Positions 32,342 through 42,484 of a stretch of 64,000 bases of DNA are shown here, piece by piece. Source of the DNA: an uncultured Chloroflexia bacterium (lineage in GTDB: Bacteria > Chloroflexota > Anaerolineae > Anaerolineales > E44-bin32). The stretch is from the NCBI GenBank assembly GCA_963710255.1, contig CAVPZJ010000005.1, positions 265,439 to 329,438 on the forward strand, in the 5' to 3' direction. The position numbers were made by a program, and so were the translations under genes. The notes below the pieces were generated by a model. That model was not told the origin of the DNA, made no database searches, and saw only the letters and a program-made list of their open reading frames with translations. Position 1 is the stretch's first letter. The number at the start of each line of letters is the position of its first letter.

Positions 32342-33733
32342 TCATGTACGTTCAATGCGACTCAGCAGATGATCATACCAGAAGCCGAAGTTTTTGACAT
32401 TCTCATTGTTCTCAACTTCACCTGGCGAGAGGGAGTTACGCGGATTCGGAAGCCCGGGGCTTGGATCGTCAGCCCACCGCAGCTCCACCGGATACGACGA
32501 CCTGGACGCAGTAGTTTCCAGCGGCAAGCCCTGAGAAGATGTAAGTACCCGTCGCCGTGCTGTGTCGTTGATGCGATCACTGATCCACCACACCCGCCCT
32601 GGCGCAAGATTGACTGTCAGCCCGCTGCGTGGACCTTCGCCCGGATTGAAGCACCGTTGTTGTTCACATCGTTCACACGATTAACCGGAGATCGATCCAA
32701 CCGGCACAGGCGTCGCCGTCGGCGGCACATAGCACGCGCCCGGTTCGGTGCCGGTCGGGGTGAAACCGTAGCCCCAGCGGCAGGTGTTGTCGAGCAGCGC
32801 CACCGCCTTCAACGGGTAATGGCTGCTTTCGCTGGCCGGCGATCCGGCTTCGGTGATCGTGTAGGCATCGTGGTAGTCGAAGGATGAAGGATCCTGCAAG
32901 CCCTCGTCAGACCAGGCGCCCCACAGGAACTCACCGTCAGAACCGATCAGGCTGAACAGGAAGGCGATCTGGACGTAATCGGCGTGGGAGGGATCGCGCC
33001 GGATCCAGGCTTCGTCCGGGCTCAAGCCATACCCGCTGTCGAAGACGCAGTCTTCATAGCCATCACGGGAGGCGTTGGGCGTGTCCACGCGCATCGCGGT
33101 CGGGCCGCCGACATCACCGTTGGCATCCCGGCAGGCGCGCACGCCATCGGTCGTCCAGGTGCTGTCCGGTGGTACCTGGCCGAGGATCAGCCAATCGCCG
33201 TGACCATCGAGATCGAGATCGATCTCCACGCCGTAGGCCACATCCTGCCCGGCGGGCGCGCCGCCTTCAAGCTGGATGGTGACGTAGACGAAGGGTGGGT
33301 TGAGGCTGAGTTCACCCCGGGTGATGTCCAGGTAATCCTTGTAGTCCATCGCCTCCGGGCTGAAGGGCCGTTCGAGCAGGTTGATGTCGTAGTTGTCGGC
33401 GATGGCTCTGCGCTCCGAGGCAAGCGCGGCCGTGGAGCGGTCGGTCATGAAGCTTGCCACGCCGGCCGGGCTGCTGGGGATCGTGACATGAACCACGGTC
33501 GCGGTCGCCGTCGGTTCAACTGCGGGTGGCACTTCCGTGGCTGCCGCCGGCTCGACATCCGGGGCGGAGGTCGCAGCGCTTGCCTCGCGGACGGCCTGGT
33601 CGATCGTCGCGGCCGCTGAAAGCGTCTGTTCCACGGCCACTTCGATATCCACCTGGTTCGATCCGCAGGCCGTCAGGCTCATTACCAGGAGCGATAATCC
33701 GATCAGCAGGACAAATACACGTTTATGGCTCAT
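32342..33733 (-). CDS. Secreted lipoprotein with C-terminal SdrD-B/Cna-B-like domain; the last ~350 nt carry at least five frame breaks
   Basis: Lipobox LTAC. ORF 32681-33733 is intact. Downstream pieces in three frames read VNDVNNNGA / FNPGEGPRSGLTVNLA / GSVIASTT..DG / TYIFSGLAAGNYCVQVV / LSPGEVENNENVKNFGFW, the SdrD-B repeat pattern. Confidence 0.5.
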
Positions 33734-33915
33734 TGCAGTTCTCCTCCAGAATATGTTGATATCAAGCGCTATGCCAGATCACCCTTATAACGGGAGCGGG
33801 GTTGAGCTTGTGACAGCCTCGATCTTGCTGAGCTGCTGTCCAGTTGAATTTCCAATCGTACTGGAAGAACGAGATTTTCACCACGTGCAGATGCAACCAT
33901 TTCCCATACGAGAAC

Positions 33916-35937
33916 TCAGGGCGCGGCCGGGGGCTGCCAGTCAGGTTGAAGATCTCGCCCGGGATGATTGGTGAGGTTCATCTGGCCGGTCCCGTTGGTC
34001 GTCATGACGTAGATTTCCGGGTTTTGATCGCGGGTCGAGGTGAAGACGATCCACTGCGCGTCAGGCGAGAAATCGGGTTCCTTGTTGCCAAGGCTGTTGG
34101 TGAGCGATATCGGGTCCAGCCCGGGATTGGCGAGGGCGGCGATGTAAATCTCCTGTTTGCCGCGCTTGACGATCCAGCTGAAAGCCAGGTATGCACCATC
34201 GGATGACCAGGTAATCTGTTCCGCGCCCTGGATGCGGTCCTGCAAATCGAACAGGGCGGGGGCTTCCCCGTCGGCAGGTCGCAGCAAGATGCGTCCTGGG
34301 GCGCCGTTGATGGAAGCCGCAACCGCCAGCCGAAGCCCGTCGGGCGACCAGGCCGGGAAGTACTCCACGGCGTATCCGGCGCTCAGGTTGCGGGCTGATC
34401 CGACAGGCGTGCAGCCGGCCGGCAGCGGTTCACAGGCCAGATCCATCAAGAACACCTGCCGCTGCCCATTCACGCGGGTGCCTGTAAAGGCGATTTGCGT
34501 GCCGTCGGGCGACCAGGCCGGGTCGGTATCATCGCCCAGGCTCTGGGTCAGGTTGATCGGATCGACCGATCCGTCGAGGTTGATCAGGAAGATGTCACGG
34601 CCGAGGTCGTTCCCGTAGAGATCGACACCCCCGGGCGCGACATAGAGCAGCCGCTGTCCGTCGGGTGACCAGCGCGGCTGGGCCTTGTCGCCTGGGCCGA
34701 AGGTCACTTGCCGTGTGCCGCTGCCGTCCGGGTTCATCATCCACACCTGCAGCGTGACGCCGTCCTCGCGGTCGCTCACGAATGCGATGCGGGCGCTGCC
34801 ACCCAGGACAACCGGGGCAGTCGTTGGGGTGGCGCTCGGGCTTGGGGTGGGGGTTGCTTGCGGGGTGTCGGTTGGGCTCGGGGTGTGTGAGGGCGTGGCG
34901 GTTGGCGTGTCCCCGAGCACTGCCGCAGCAACCGTTACCGTGGGTTCAGCCTGGCTGGTCGGCGTCGGCCGGCCGAACGGCAGACCGCCTGAAAGCCCCA
35001 GGGTGATCCCGGCCGCTGCAAGCAGGATCCCGGCCGTCCCGGCGCCGATCCAGATCCCCCGCCGGCTGCGCCGGGCGGCGGCAGGTCGAACTTCAGGCTG
35101 GGGTGCGCGGATGGTCTCCAGAGCCAATTCGCCCTGGAGCGCGCGCTTGAAATCACTGATGCTGGCGAAGCGGGCATCCTTGTCCAGGGCGAGGGCACGC
35201 GTAAGCGCCGCATCAAGGTATTCGGGGATGGCAGGATCGTACTGGCGCGCCGGTCGCAGTTCTTCCTTGCCCAGCATGCGCTGGATGCTGTCAGCCGGTT
35301 TCTGCCCGGTGACCAATGAGTAGAGCGTCGCGGCCAGCGAGTACTGGTCGCTGCGGGCATCCGTGCGCTGATCGCCGTATTGCTCGGGAGGTGAGAAACC
35401 AGGGGTTAAGCCGCGTGCGCCGGTCGTCGTTTGCCCCTGGTCGGACACCTTGGCGATGCCGAAGTCGACCAACACCACGCGGCCATCCGGCTGCACCTTC
35501 AGATTGGCGGGTTTGATGTCGCGGTGGATGATGGGAGGAACGAGACGGTGCAGGTACTCGAGCGCATCACAGGTCGCCAGCCCCCAGGCGATGACTTCCT
35601 CGACGCTCGGCGGGCGTTCCAGAACGCGGGTGTGCAGGTCGACCCCGGCGATGTAATCCATCACAAGGTACTGGCGCTCATCGAGGATAAAGTGATCGGT
35701 CACGCGCGGCAGGTTCGGATGGCGCATCTCGGCCAGCAGTTTCGCCTCGCGCTTGAACTGCCGCTCCGATTCAGGGTTAAGGTTGAGGTTCTCTTTGACC
35801 GCTACCTGGATGTCGAGGGTGAGATCACGCGCCAGGTAAACGGCGCCCATGCCGCCTTTGCCAAGTCGACCCTCGATGCGGTAGCGATCATGGAGCACGT
35901 CATCCGGTTGAAGGGACATGGCGGCATTGTAAGCCAC
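33916..35937 (-). CDS. Ser/Thr protein kinase with TM segment, PT linker and TolB-like beta-propeller
   Basis: GKGGMGAVYLA, HRDIKPANL, DFGIAK, SPPE kinase motifs. Repeated PD40-type WSPDG segments follow. Confidence 0.85.
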   Translation of the reverse strand: MAYNAAMSLQPDDVLHDRYRIEGRLGKGGMGAVYLARDLTLDIQVAVKENLNLNPESERQFKREAKLLAEMRHPNLPRVTDHFILDERQYLVMDYIAGVDLHTRVLERPPSVEEVIAWGLATCDALEYLHRLVPPIIHRDIKPANLKVQPDGRVVLVDFGIAKVSDQGQTTTGARGLTPGFSPPEQYGDQRTDARSDQYSLAATLYSLVTGQKPADSIQRMLGKEELRPARQYDPAIPEYLDAALTRALALDKDARFASISDFKRALQGELALETIRAPQPEVRPAAARRSRRGIWIGAGTAGILLAAAGITLGLSGGLPFGRPTPTSQAEPTVTVAAAVLGDTPTATPSHTPSPTDTPQATPTPSPSATPTTAPVVLGGSARIAFVSDREDGVTLQVWMMNPDGSGTRQVTFGPGDKAQPRWSPDGQRLLYVAPGGVDLYGNDLGRDIFLINLDGSVDPINLTQSLGDDTDPAWSPDGTQIAFTGTRVNGQRQVFLMDLACEPLPAGCTPVGSARNLSAGYAVEYFPAWSPDGLRLAVAASINGAPGRILLRPADGEAPALFDLQDRIQGAEQITWSSDGAYLAFSWIVKRGKQEIYIAALANPGLDPISLTNSLGNKEPDFSPDAQWIVFTSTRDQNPEIYVMTTNGTGQMNLTNHPGRDLQPDWQPPAAP

Positions 35938-36068
35938 GCAGGGAGCGTGAGCAACTGGGCCAGGGTTATAATTAATTGCGGAGGCTCGGTTTGGTCTGAG
36001 ACAAGCCTCGTGACGAATGACCCTTGTTCCCAGCCATCGTCAGGGTTATGGTACCTCCAGGAGAACCT

Positions 36069-37790
36069 ATGTCCGCTGAGCGAAAAGTCGTCGATCACAC
36101 CGACCTTGAACCAGTCCTGGAAAAGTATGCCGGCCAGGGCCGGTCAGCACTCCTGCCGCTGCTGTTTGAGGTCCAGAACCAACAAGGATACTTGTCCGAA
36201 GAAGCTGTGACCGCCATCGGGAAGACCCTGCGGGTGCCGCTGGCGGATATCTTCGGCGTGATCGAGTTCTACACCTTGTTCTACACTGAACCGGTGGGGA
36301 AGCGTGTCGTCCGCGTTTGCACCAGCCCGATGTGTGCCATGAAGGGCAGCCAGGAAAACCTGATGTCGGCTGCCTCGCACCTGGGGGCCGAACTAGGACG
36401 GACGCGCGGGGACGGGGAGGTCCTGGTCGAGTCTGCACCCTGCCTGGGCCTGTGTGACCATGCCCCGGCTGTCCTGGTCGATGCTATTCCGGCTGGCCCG
36501 GTGAGCCCGGCGGATGTGGACCAGTGGAGCGTGAACCCGGTCGAGGCAGGCCCGGGGATCGTGGCTGGGGAACCGCGCTGGCTGACCGCGCGCTGTGGCG
36601 CGATCGCCCCCACGGACATCGAAGCCTATCGCTCGATGGATGGGTTTGCGGCCCTCCACAAAGCCCTGAAGGAACTCAAACCAGGTTCCGTGATCGACTT
36701 GATAAAAGCCTCCGGGCTGGTCGGTCGGGGTGGAGCCGCCTTCCCCACCGGCGTTAAATGGGAGTACACGGCGGGTGCCCCTGGCGACGAAAAATACATC
36801 GTGTGCAACGCGGACGAATCCGAGCCGGGCACGTTCAAAGACCGGGTCCTGATGGAGGGGGATCCGTATGCCATCCTGGAGGGCATGGCTATCGCCGGCT
36901 ATGCGATCGGGGCGAAGACGGGCTACCTCTACGTGCGCGGAGAGTACCCGCGGGCCCAGCGGATTCTCCGGGAAGCGATCGATCAGGCGCGTCTGGCAGG
37001 CTGCCTGGGGGAAGGCATCCTGGGGTCGGACTTCGCCTTCGATGTCATCCTTCGCTCTGGCGCAGGAGCCTATATCTGTGGGGAAGAAACGGCACTCTTC
37101 GAATCGATTGAAGGCAAGCGCGGCTTCCCGCGCCTGAAACCACCTTTCCCAACGACACACGGCTTGTTCGGCAAGCCGACTGCGATCAACAATGTGGAAA
37201 CGCTCTGTGCAGCAGCGTGGATCGTCCAGCATGGGGCGGAAGCCTACCGCAGCGTCGGTACAGACGGATCGCCCGGGTCGAAGCTGTTCTGTCTTTCTGG
37301 CGATGTTCAGAACCCGGGCGTGTACGAAGTGCCCTTCGGTACGCGCCTCGCTGATCTCATCGCCATGGCCGGCGGATCGACAGGTGAACTGCAGGCCATC
37401 CTGCTAGGAGGCGCAGCGGGCGCATTCGCCGGGCCGGGTGACCTCGACCTGCGTCTGAGTTTTGAGGACATGCGTGCCGCAAACCTCCCACTCGGATCGG
37501 GCGTTGTGACGCTTATCAACAGTGAAAGAGACATGAGGCAGTTCCTGCAAAGCCTGGCGCATTTCTTTGCCCACGAATCATGTGGGAAGTGTTTCCCCTG
37601 CCAGCTGGGCACGCAGCGCCAGGTGGAGATCATCGACCGCATGGCGGATGGTGGAATGCAGAAGGGTGACCTGGCCGCGCTCCAGGACATTGGCTTTGCC
37701 ATGACGAACGCCTCGCTTTGTGGGTTGGGGATGACCGCAGCCACCGCCATCCTCTCGGCGCTCGAGCGCTGGCCGGAGTTGGGGAGCTGA
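36069..37790 (+). CDS. NuoE-NuoF fusion (NAD/FMN/Fe-S diaphorase subunit of formate dehydrogenase or hydrogenase type)
   Basis: ATG at 36069. NuoE-like CxxxxC...CLGLC, NuoF GRGGAAFPTG, FMN/NAD motifs, ESCGKCFPC 4Fe-4S motif. Confidence 0.8.
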   Translation: MSAERKVVDHTDLEPVLEKYAGQGRSALLPLLFEVQNQQGYLSEEAVTAIGKTLRVPLADIFGVIEFYTLFYTEPVGKRVVRVCTSPMCAMKGSQENLMSAASHLGAELGRTRGDGEVLVESAPCLGLCDHAPAVLVDAIPAGPVSPADVDQWSVNPVEAGPGIVAGEPRWLTARCGAIAPTDIEAYRSMDGFAALHKALKELKPGSVIDLIKASGLVGRGGAAFPTGVKWEYTAGAPGDEKYIVCNADESEPGTFKDRVLMEGDPYAILEGMAIAGYAIGAKTGYLYVRGEYPRAQRILREAIDQARLAGCLGEGILGSDFAFDVILRSGAGAYICGEETALFESIEGKRGFPRLKPPFPTTHGLFGKPTAINNVETLCAAAWIVQHGAEAYRSVGTDGSPGSKLFCLSGDVQNPGVYEVPFGTRLADLIAMAGGSTGELQAILLGGAAGAFAGPGDLDLRLSFEDMRAANLPLGSGVVTLINSERDMRQFLQSLAHFFAHESCGKCFPCQLGTQRQVEIIDRMADGGMQKGDLAALQDIGFAMTNASLCGLGMTAATAILSALERWPELGS

Positions 37791-37791
37791 G

Positions 37792-38633
37792 TTGACCGCT
37801 TCACAGGATGTTAAAGCGCGCGGGGCCGTACCTGCTGAATGGATTGAGCTGGGCGATGGTGCCCGGCACGCGGCAGGCGAACTTATCGAGGAGGCCCTTA
37901 TCACGCTCTACCTCAATGGCCTCGAGCTGGCGACCCTGATGGGCACGCCGCAGCAGCTGGAAGCCCTGGCTTTGGGATTTATGACGACCGAGGGCTTGAT
38001 CTGCCGGCATGGCTGATGTCGATCACACTCACGTCAGTGCCCAGTCGTGTTGTGTTGATGTCTGGACTGTGCGACGGGTTGAGATACCCGAGAAGCGCAT
38101 CATCACCTCTGGCTGTGGGGGAGGCATTACCTTCGACGATCCCCAATCCGGGCTCGCGATCCTCGAGGATGATTTACACATTGAGGCCGGGCAATTGCTC
38201 GATCAATTCACCCAGCTGCAAAGCCCGGACAGTCTCTATGCCCGGTCACGCGGGGTTCACAGCGCCGGCCTATCCGATGGGACCAGCTTGCTGGCGGTGG
38301 CTGAGGATGTCGGCCGGCACAATACAATCGACAAAGTTGTCGGCCTGTGCCTGCTGAACGGGATCGAAACCCGCGGCCGGATCTTGCTCACGACCGGCCG
38401 GGTTTCTTCCGAGATGATGAAGAAAGCTGCCCGCATGGGATGCCCGATCATCGCCTCGAGAAACTCACCAACCTCACTTTCGGTGGCGATGGCACAGGCT
38501 TTGAACATCACCCTGGTTGGCTACGTGCGCCGGGCTAGCATGCGCGTTTACGCACATCCCGAGAGGCTGCGTATTGAGCCTGCTGACCTGATCGAGGATC
38601 TCTCGTCAAGTTTGAGCGTTTATCCAGGAGGGT

Positions 38634-38650
<17 letters not shown>
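37792..38650 (+). CDS. fdhD: Formate dehydrogenase accessory sulfurtransferase FdhD, one frame break
   Basis: ORFs 37792-38016 and 38009-38650 join near 38005. SGCGGG active-site loop and [11 protein letters not shown] motif. Confidence 0.8.
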
Positions 38651-39371
<721 letters not shown>

Positions 39372-39372
39372 C

Positions 39373-41449
39373 ATGCTGCAGGAAGAACGAATCGTACCGA
39401 CCACCTGCCCATATTGCGGCGTCGGCTGCCAGATGGATCTGCATCTGCGTGGCGAGCAAATTGTTCGCGTCGACGGCCGTTTCGACAACCACGTGAATTT
39501 TGGCAACCTGTGCGTCAAGGGCCGCTTCGGGTATGACTTCGTCTACGCGCCAGACCGCCTGGATGTGCCGTTGTCGCGTGGCTCACGTTCGGCGGAGTTT
39601 GAGCCGACAAGCTGGGAGTCCGCGCTGAAGCAGGTCGCCGGGCGACTGATGGACGTGCGCGCCAAGCATGGTCCCGACAGCCTCGCCTTCCTGACCTCGG
39701 CCAAGTGCACCAATGAAGAGAATTACCTGATGCAGAAGCTGGCGCGGGCGGTCGTAGGGACGAACAACATCGACCACTGCGCCCGGCTTTGACACTCCAG
39801 CAGCGTGGCCGGTCTGGCCACAACGCTCGGCTCAGGCGCAATGACAAATTCCATCGACGATATCACCTCCGCCAGGGTGCTCTTCGTCATCGGCAGCAAC
39901 ACGACCGAATCACACCCCGTGCTCAGCCTGCAGATGAAGAAAGCCGTTCGCGAATATGGTGCACGCCTTATCCTGGCTGACCCAAGGCGGATCGAGCTCG
40001 CTGATTTCGCGTACCTGCACCTTCGGCAGCGCCCAGGTACGGACGTGGCCCTGGTGAATGCCATCGGGCATGTGATCCTCGAGGAGAACCTGCATAACCC
40101 GGAATTTATCGAAGCGCGGACAGAGAATTTCGAAGCATACCGGGATTCGTTGAAATCGTGGACACCAGAACGCGCAGCCGAGATCACCGGCGTTCCGGCG
40201 ACCGACATCATCGAAGCCGCCCGGCTATACGCCACCTCCCCGGCCTCGGCCATTTTCTGGGCGATGGGCATCACCCAGCACACGACCGGAACCGACAACG
40301 TCAAATCCCTGGCCAACCTGGCCTTGCTCTGCGGGCAGGTGGGCCGCCCGGGTACCGGGTTGAACCCTCTCCGTGGTCAGAACAACGTGCAGGGCGCATG
40401 CGACATGGGCGGCCTGGTGAATGTTTATCCCGGGTATCAATCGGTGGCAGATCCGAACGTCAGGGCGAAGTTCGCAAAGGGGTGGGGCATCGCGGAGGAG
40501 TCGCTGAGCCTGAGAGCCCGGCTTGACCGTGACCGAGATCATGGATGGGGTGTTGGCGGGGAAGGTGAAGGCAATCTACGTGATGGGAGAGAACCCGATG
40601 CTCTCCGATCCAGACCAAACGCATGTCCGGGAAGCGCTGCAGGCGGTTGAATTCCTCGTCGTCCAGGATATGTTTGTTAACGAGACGGCTGAACTCGCCG
40701 ATGTCGTCTTGCCCGCGGTCAGCTTTGCCGAAAAAAGCGGGACCTTCACCAACACCGAGCGCAGGGTGCACCTGGTACGCAAAGCAATCGAGCCCAGGAC
40801 TGCCGCGCTCACAGACTGGGACATCCTCACCAGGCTGGCGAATGAGATGGGCGCCGGGTGGTCATATACAACCCCATCCGAGATCTTTGATGAGATGGCC
40901 GCCCTGACCCCGCAGTATGCCGGGATTTCGCATGGGCGCCTGGAGGGCGGCGGAATCCAATGGCCGTGCCCGACTTCGGATCACCCCGGAACACCCATTC
41001 TGCATGTGGGGAAGTTCACGCGGGGATTGGGTCTCTTTAGCGTGGTCGACTTCCAGGAAGCGGCCGAGTTGCCGAGTGACGAGTTCCCACTCATCCTTTC
41101 CACGGGCCGCGTCCTCTTCCACTGGCATGGGGGTACGATGTCGCGCCGATCCCCAGTGCTCGACAGCCTGGCGCCGGTCGCGGAGGTGGAGATTCACCCC
41201 GCTGATGCGGAGAAGTATGCCATTCAGGACGGTGGGATGGTGCGGGTCGTATCACCGCGAGGCGCCGTGGAAGCGCGCGCCCTTGTTACCCAGCGCTCCC
41301 CCCAGGGAACGGTCTTCATGACCTTTCACTTCGCGGAGGCGGCTGCAAACCTGCTTACGCCAAAGAACATCGATCCCGTAGCGAAGATCCCGGAGTATAA
41401 GGTCTCTGCGGTGCGGATAGAGCCCGTACACGAGCTGGCCCAGAGTTGA
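39373..41449 (+). CDS. fdhA: Formate dehydrogenase catalytic (molybdopterin) subunit, selenocysteine at UGA 39790-39792; one frame break near 40510-40520
   Basis: RBS GAGGAG, ATG at 39373, CPYCGVGC cluster. ORFs 39280-39792 and 39805-40650 are in the same frame across TGA: [36 protein letters not shown] 40523-41449 continues after a +1 shift (...[13 protein letters not shown]). Confidence 0.8.
39790..39827 (+). promoter_or_regulatory. UGA-Sec recoding site with SECIS-like hairpin
   Basis: TGA at 39790-39792. Stem GTGGCC (39805-39810) / GGCCAC (39816-39821) with apical loop GGUCU. Lower stem AGC/GCT with a 3-nt bulge. The upper stem starts 12 nt after UGA. Confidence 0.65.
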
Positions 41450-41475
41450 TCCAGGGGCAATCCCCCCGGGCACGT

Positions 41476-42246
41476 TTAAATCTTCAGTTCCCAGCTTTCG
41501 AGCGTTGGGAGCAGCGTGGCGGCCGTGAGGTCGAGCGAGAGCGGGGTGACCGAAACGTATCCATTGGCAAGCGCCCAGAAATCTGTGCCCGAATCTCGAA
41601 TCCCGGTCGGCGCTTCTCCACCAATCCAGTAGTACTTCTTCCCCCGAGGATCATCTCTTTCAACCAGCGCATCGCGATACACCCGAATCCCCTGCCGCGT
41701 GATGGCGACGCCCTTGATCTGGTCGGTCGGTATCAGGGGGACGTTGATGTTGAGGATCAACTCGCCCTGACGAGCACGGTCCATGGCCTGGGTGATGACC
41801 GAGCGAAAGATGGCTGCCGCAGGGTCATAGTCGATCCCACCCGGGTGGTCGGCAACAGGATCGACGGAGCAGGCAAAGCCAGGCAAGCCAGAAATACCAG
41901 CCTCCAGCGCCGCCGTCACGGTCCCGCTGTAGGTCAGGTCGTGACCGACGTTGGCGAGCGGATTGATACCAGAAACGACCAGGTCGAGCGGTTCCTGGAC
42001 CAGTCCCAGGACGGCAAGCGCGACGCAGTCCGAGGGCGATCCGTCTGTCGTCAAGGCGGGCGTGCCGTCCGCCAGGCGGGTCTGGTGCACGCGCAGCGGT
42101 CGGTGCATCGTTTTCACATGCCCTGAAGCGGACCAATTTCGATCCGGCGCAAGGACTGTGACCGTTCCGAGGTCTTTGAAGGCCTGGACGAGAGCCAGCA
42201 GCCCTGGCGCCTGAACCCCGTCATCGTTGGTGATGAGGATATGCAT
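41476..42246 (-). CDS. surE: 5'/3'-nucleotidase SurE
   Basis: MHILITNDDG..., NWSASGH, GINPLANVG and SGTVTAALE motifs. Start chosen at MHILITNDDG. Confidence 0.85.
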   Translation of the reverse strand: MHILITNDDGVQAPGLLALVQAFKDLGTVTVLAPDRNWSASGHVKTMHRPLRVHQTRLADGTPALTTDGSPSDCVALAVLGLVQEPLDLVVSGINPLANVGHDLTYSGTVTAALEAGISGLPGFACSVDPVADHPGGIDYDPAAAIFRSVITQAMDRARQGELILNINVPLIPTDQIKGVAITRQGIRVYRDALVERDDPRGKKYYWIGGEAPTGIRDSGTDFWALANGYVSVTPLSLDLTAATLLPTLESWELKI

Positions 42247-42484
42247 CGCTTCTCTCCGTAAGACGCAGATTGTACACTGTTCGTCCCCTCCGCTGGTGGT
42301 AATTTGAAAGGTGGTTGAAAGCTTGGCTGCCCACAGGCGTATTCTATACTCGGAGTGTCCCGTACAGGTCTGGTAACGGCGGCGAGCGAGTCGGCGCTGC
42401 ATGCCAAGCCTGGATTTGGCTCATCCAATGCATTTCGTTCAGTTCCGGCACGCATGGCAACCACACCGTAGCAGGAGTAAATCC

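Noticed and set aside
34790-34935. G/T-rich repetitive DNA (also 22380-22520 and 23330-23470)
   Set aside because: These are the reverse complements of Pro/Thr-rich linker-coding segments in the kinase and lipoprotein genes, not non-coding repeats.
39790-39792. In-frame TGA in fdhA read as a nonsense mutation or gene split
   Set aside because: The flanking residues match the Sec active site of FdhH-type enzymes, a SECIS-like hairpin follows, and the frame is unchanged across the codon. I interpret it as selenocysteine.
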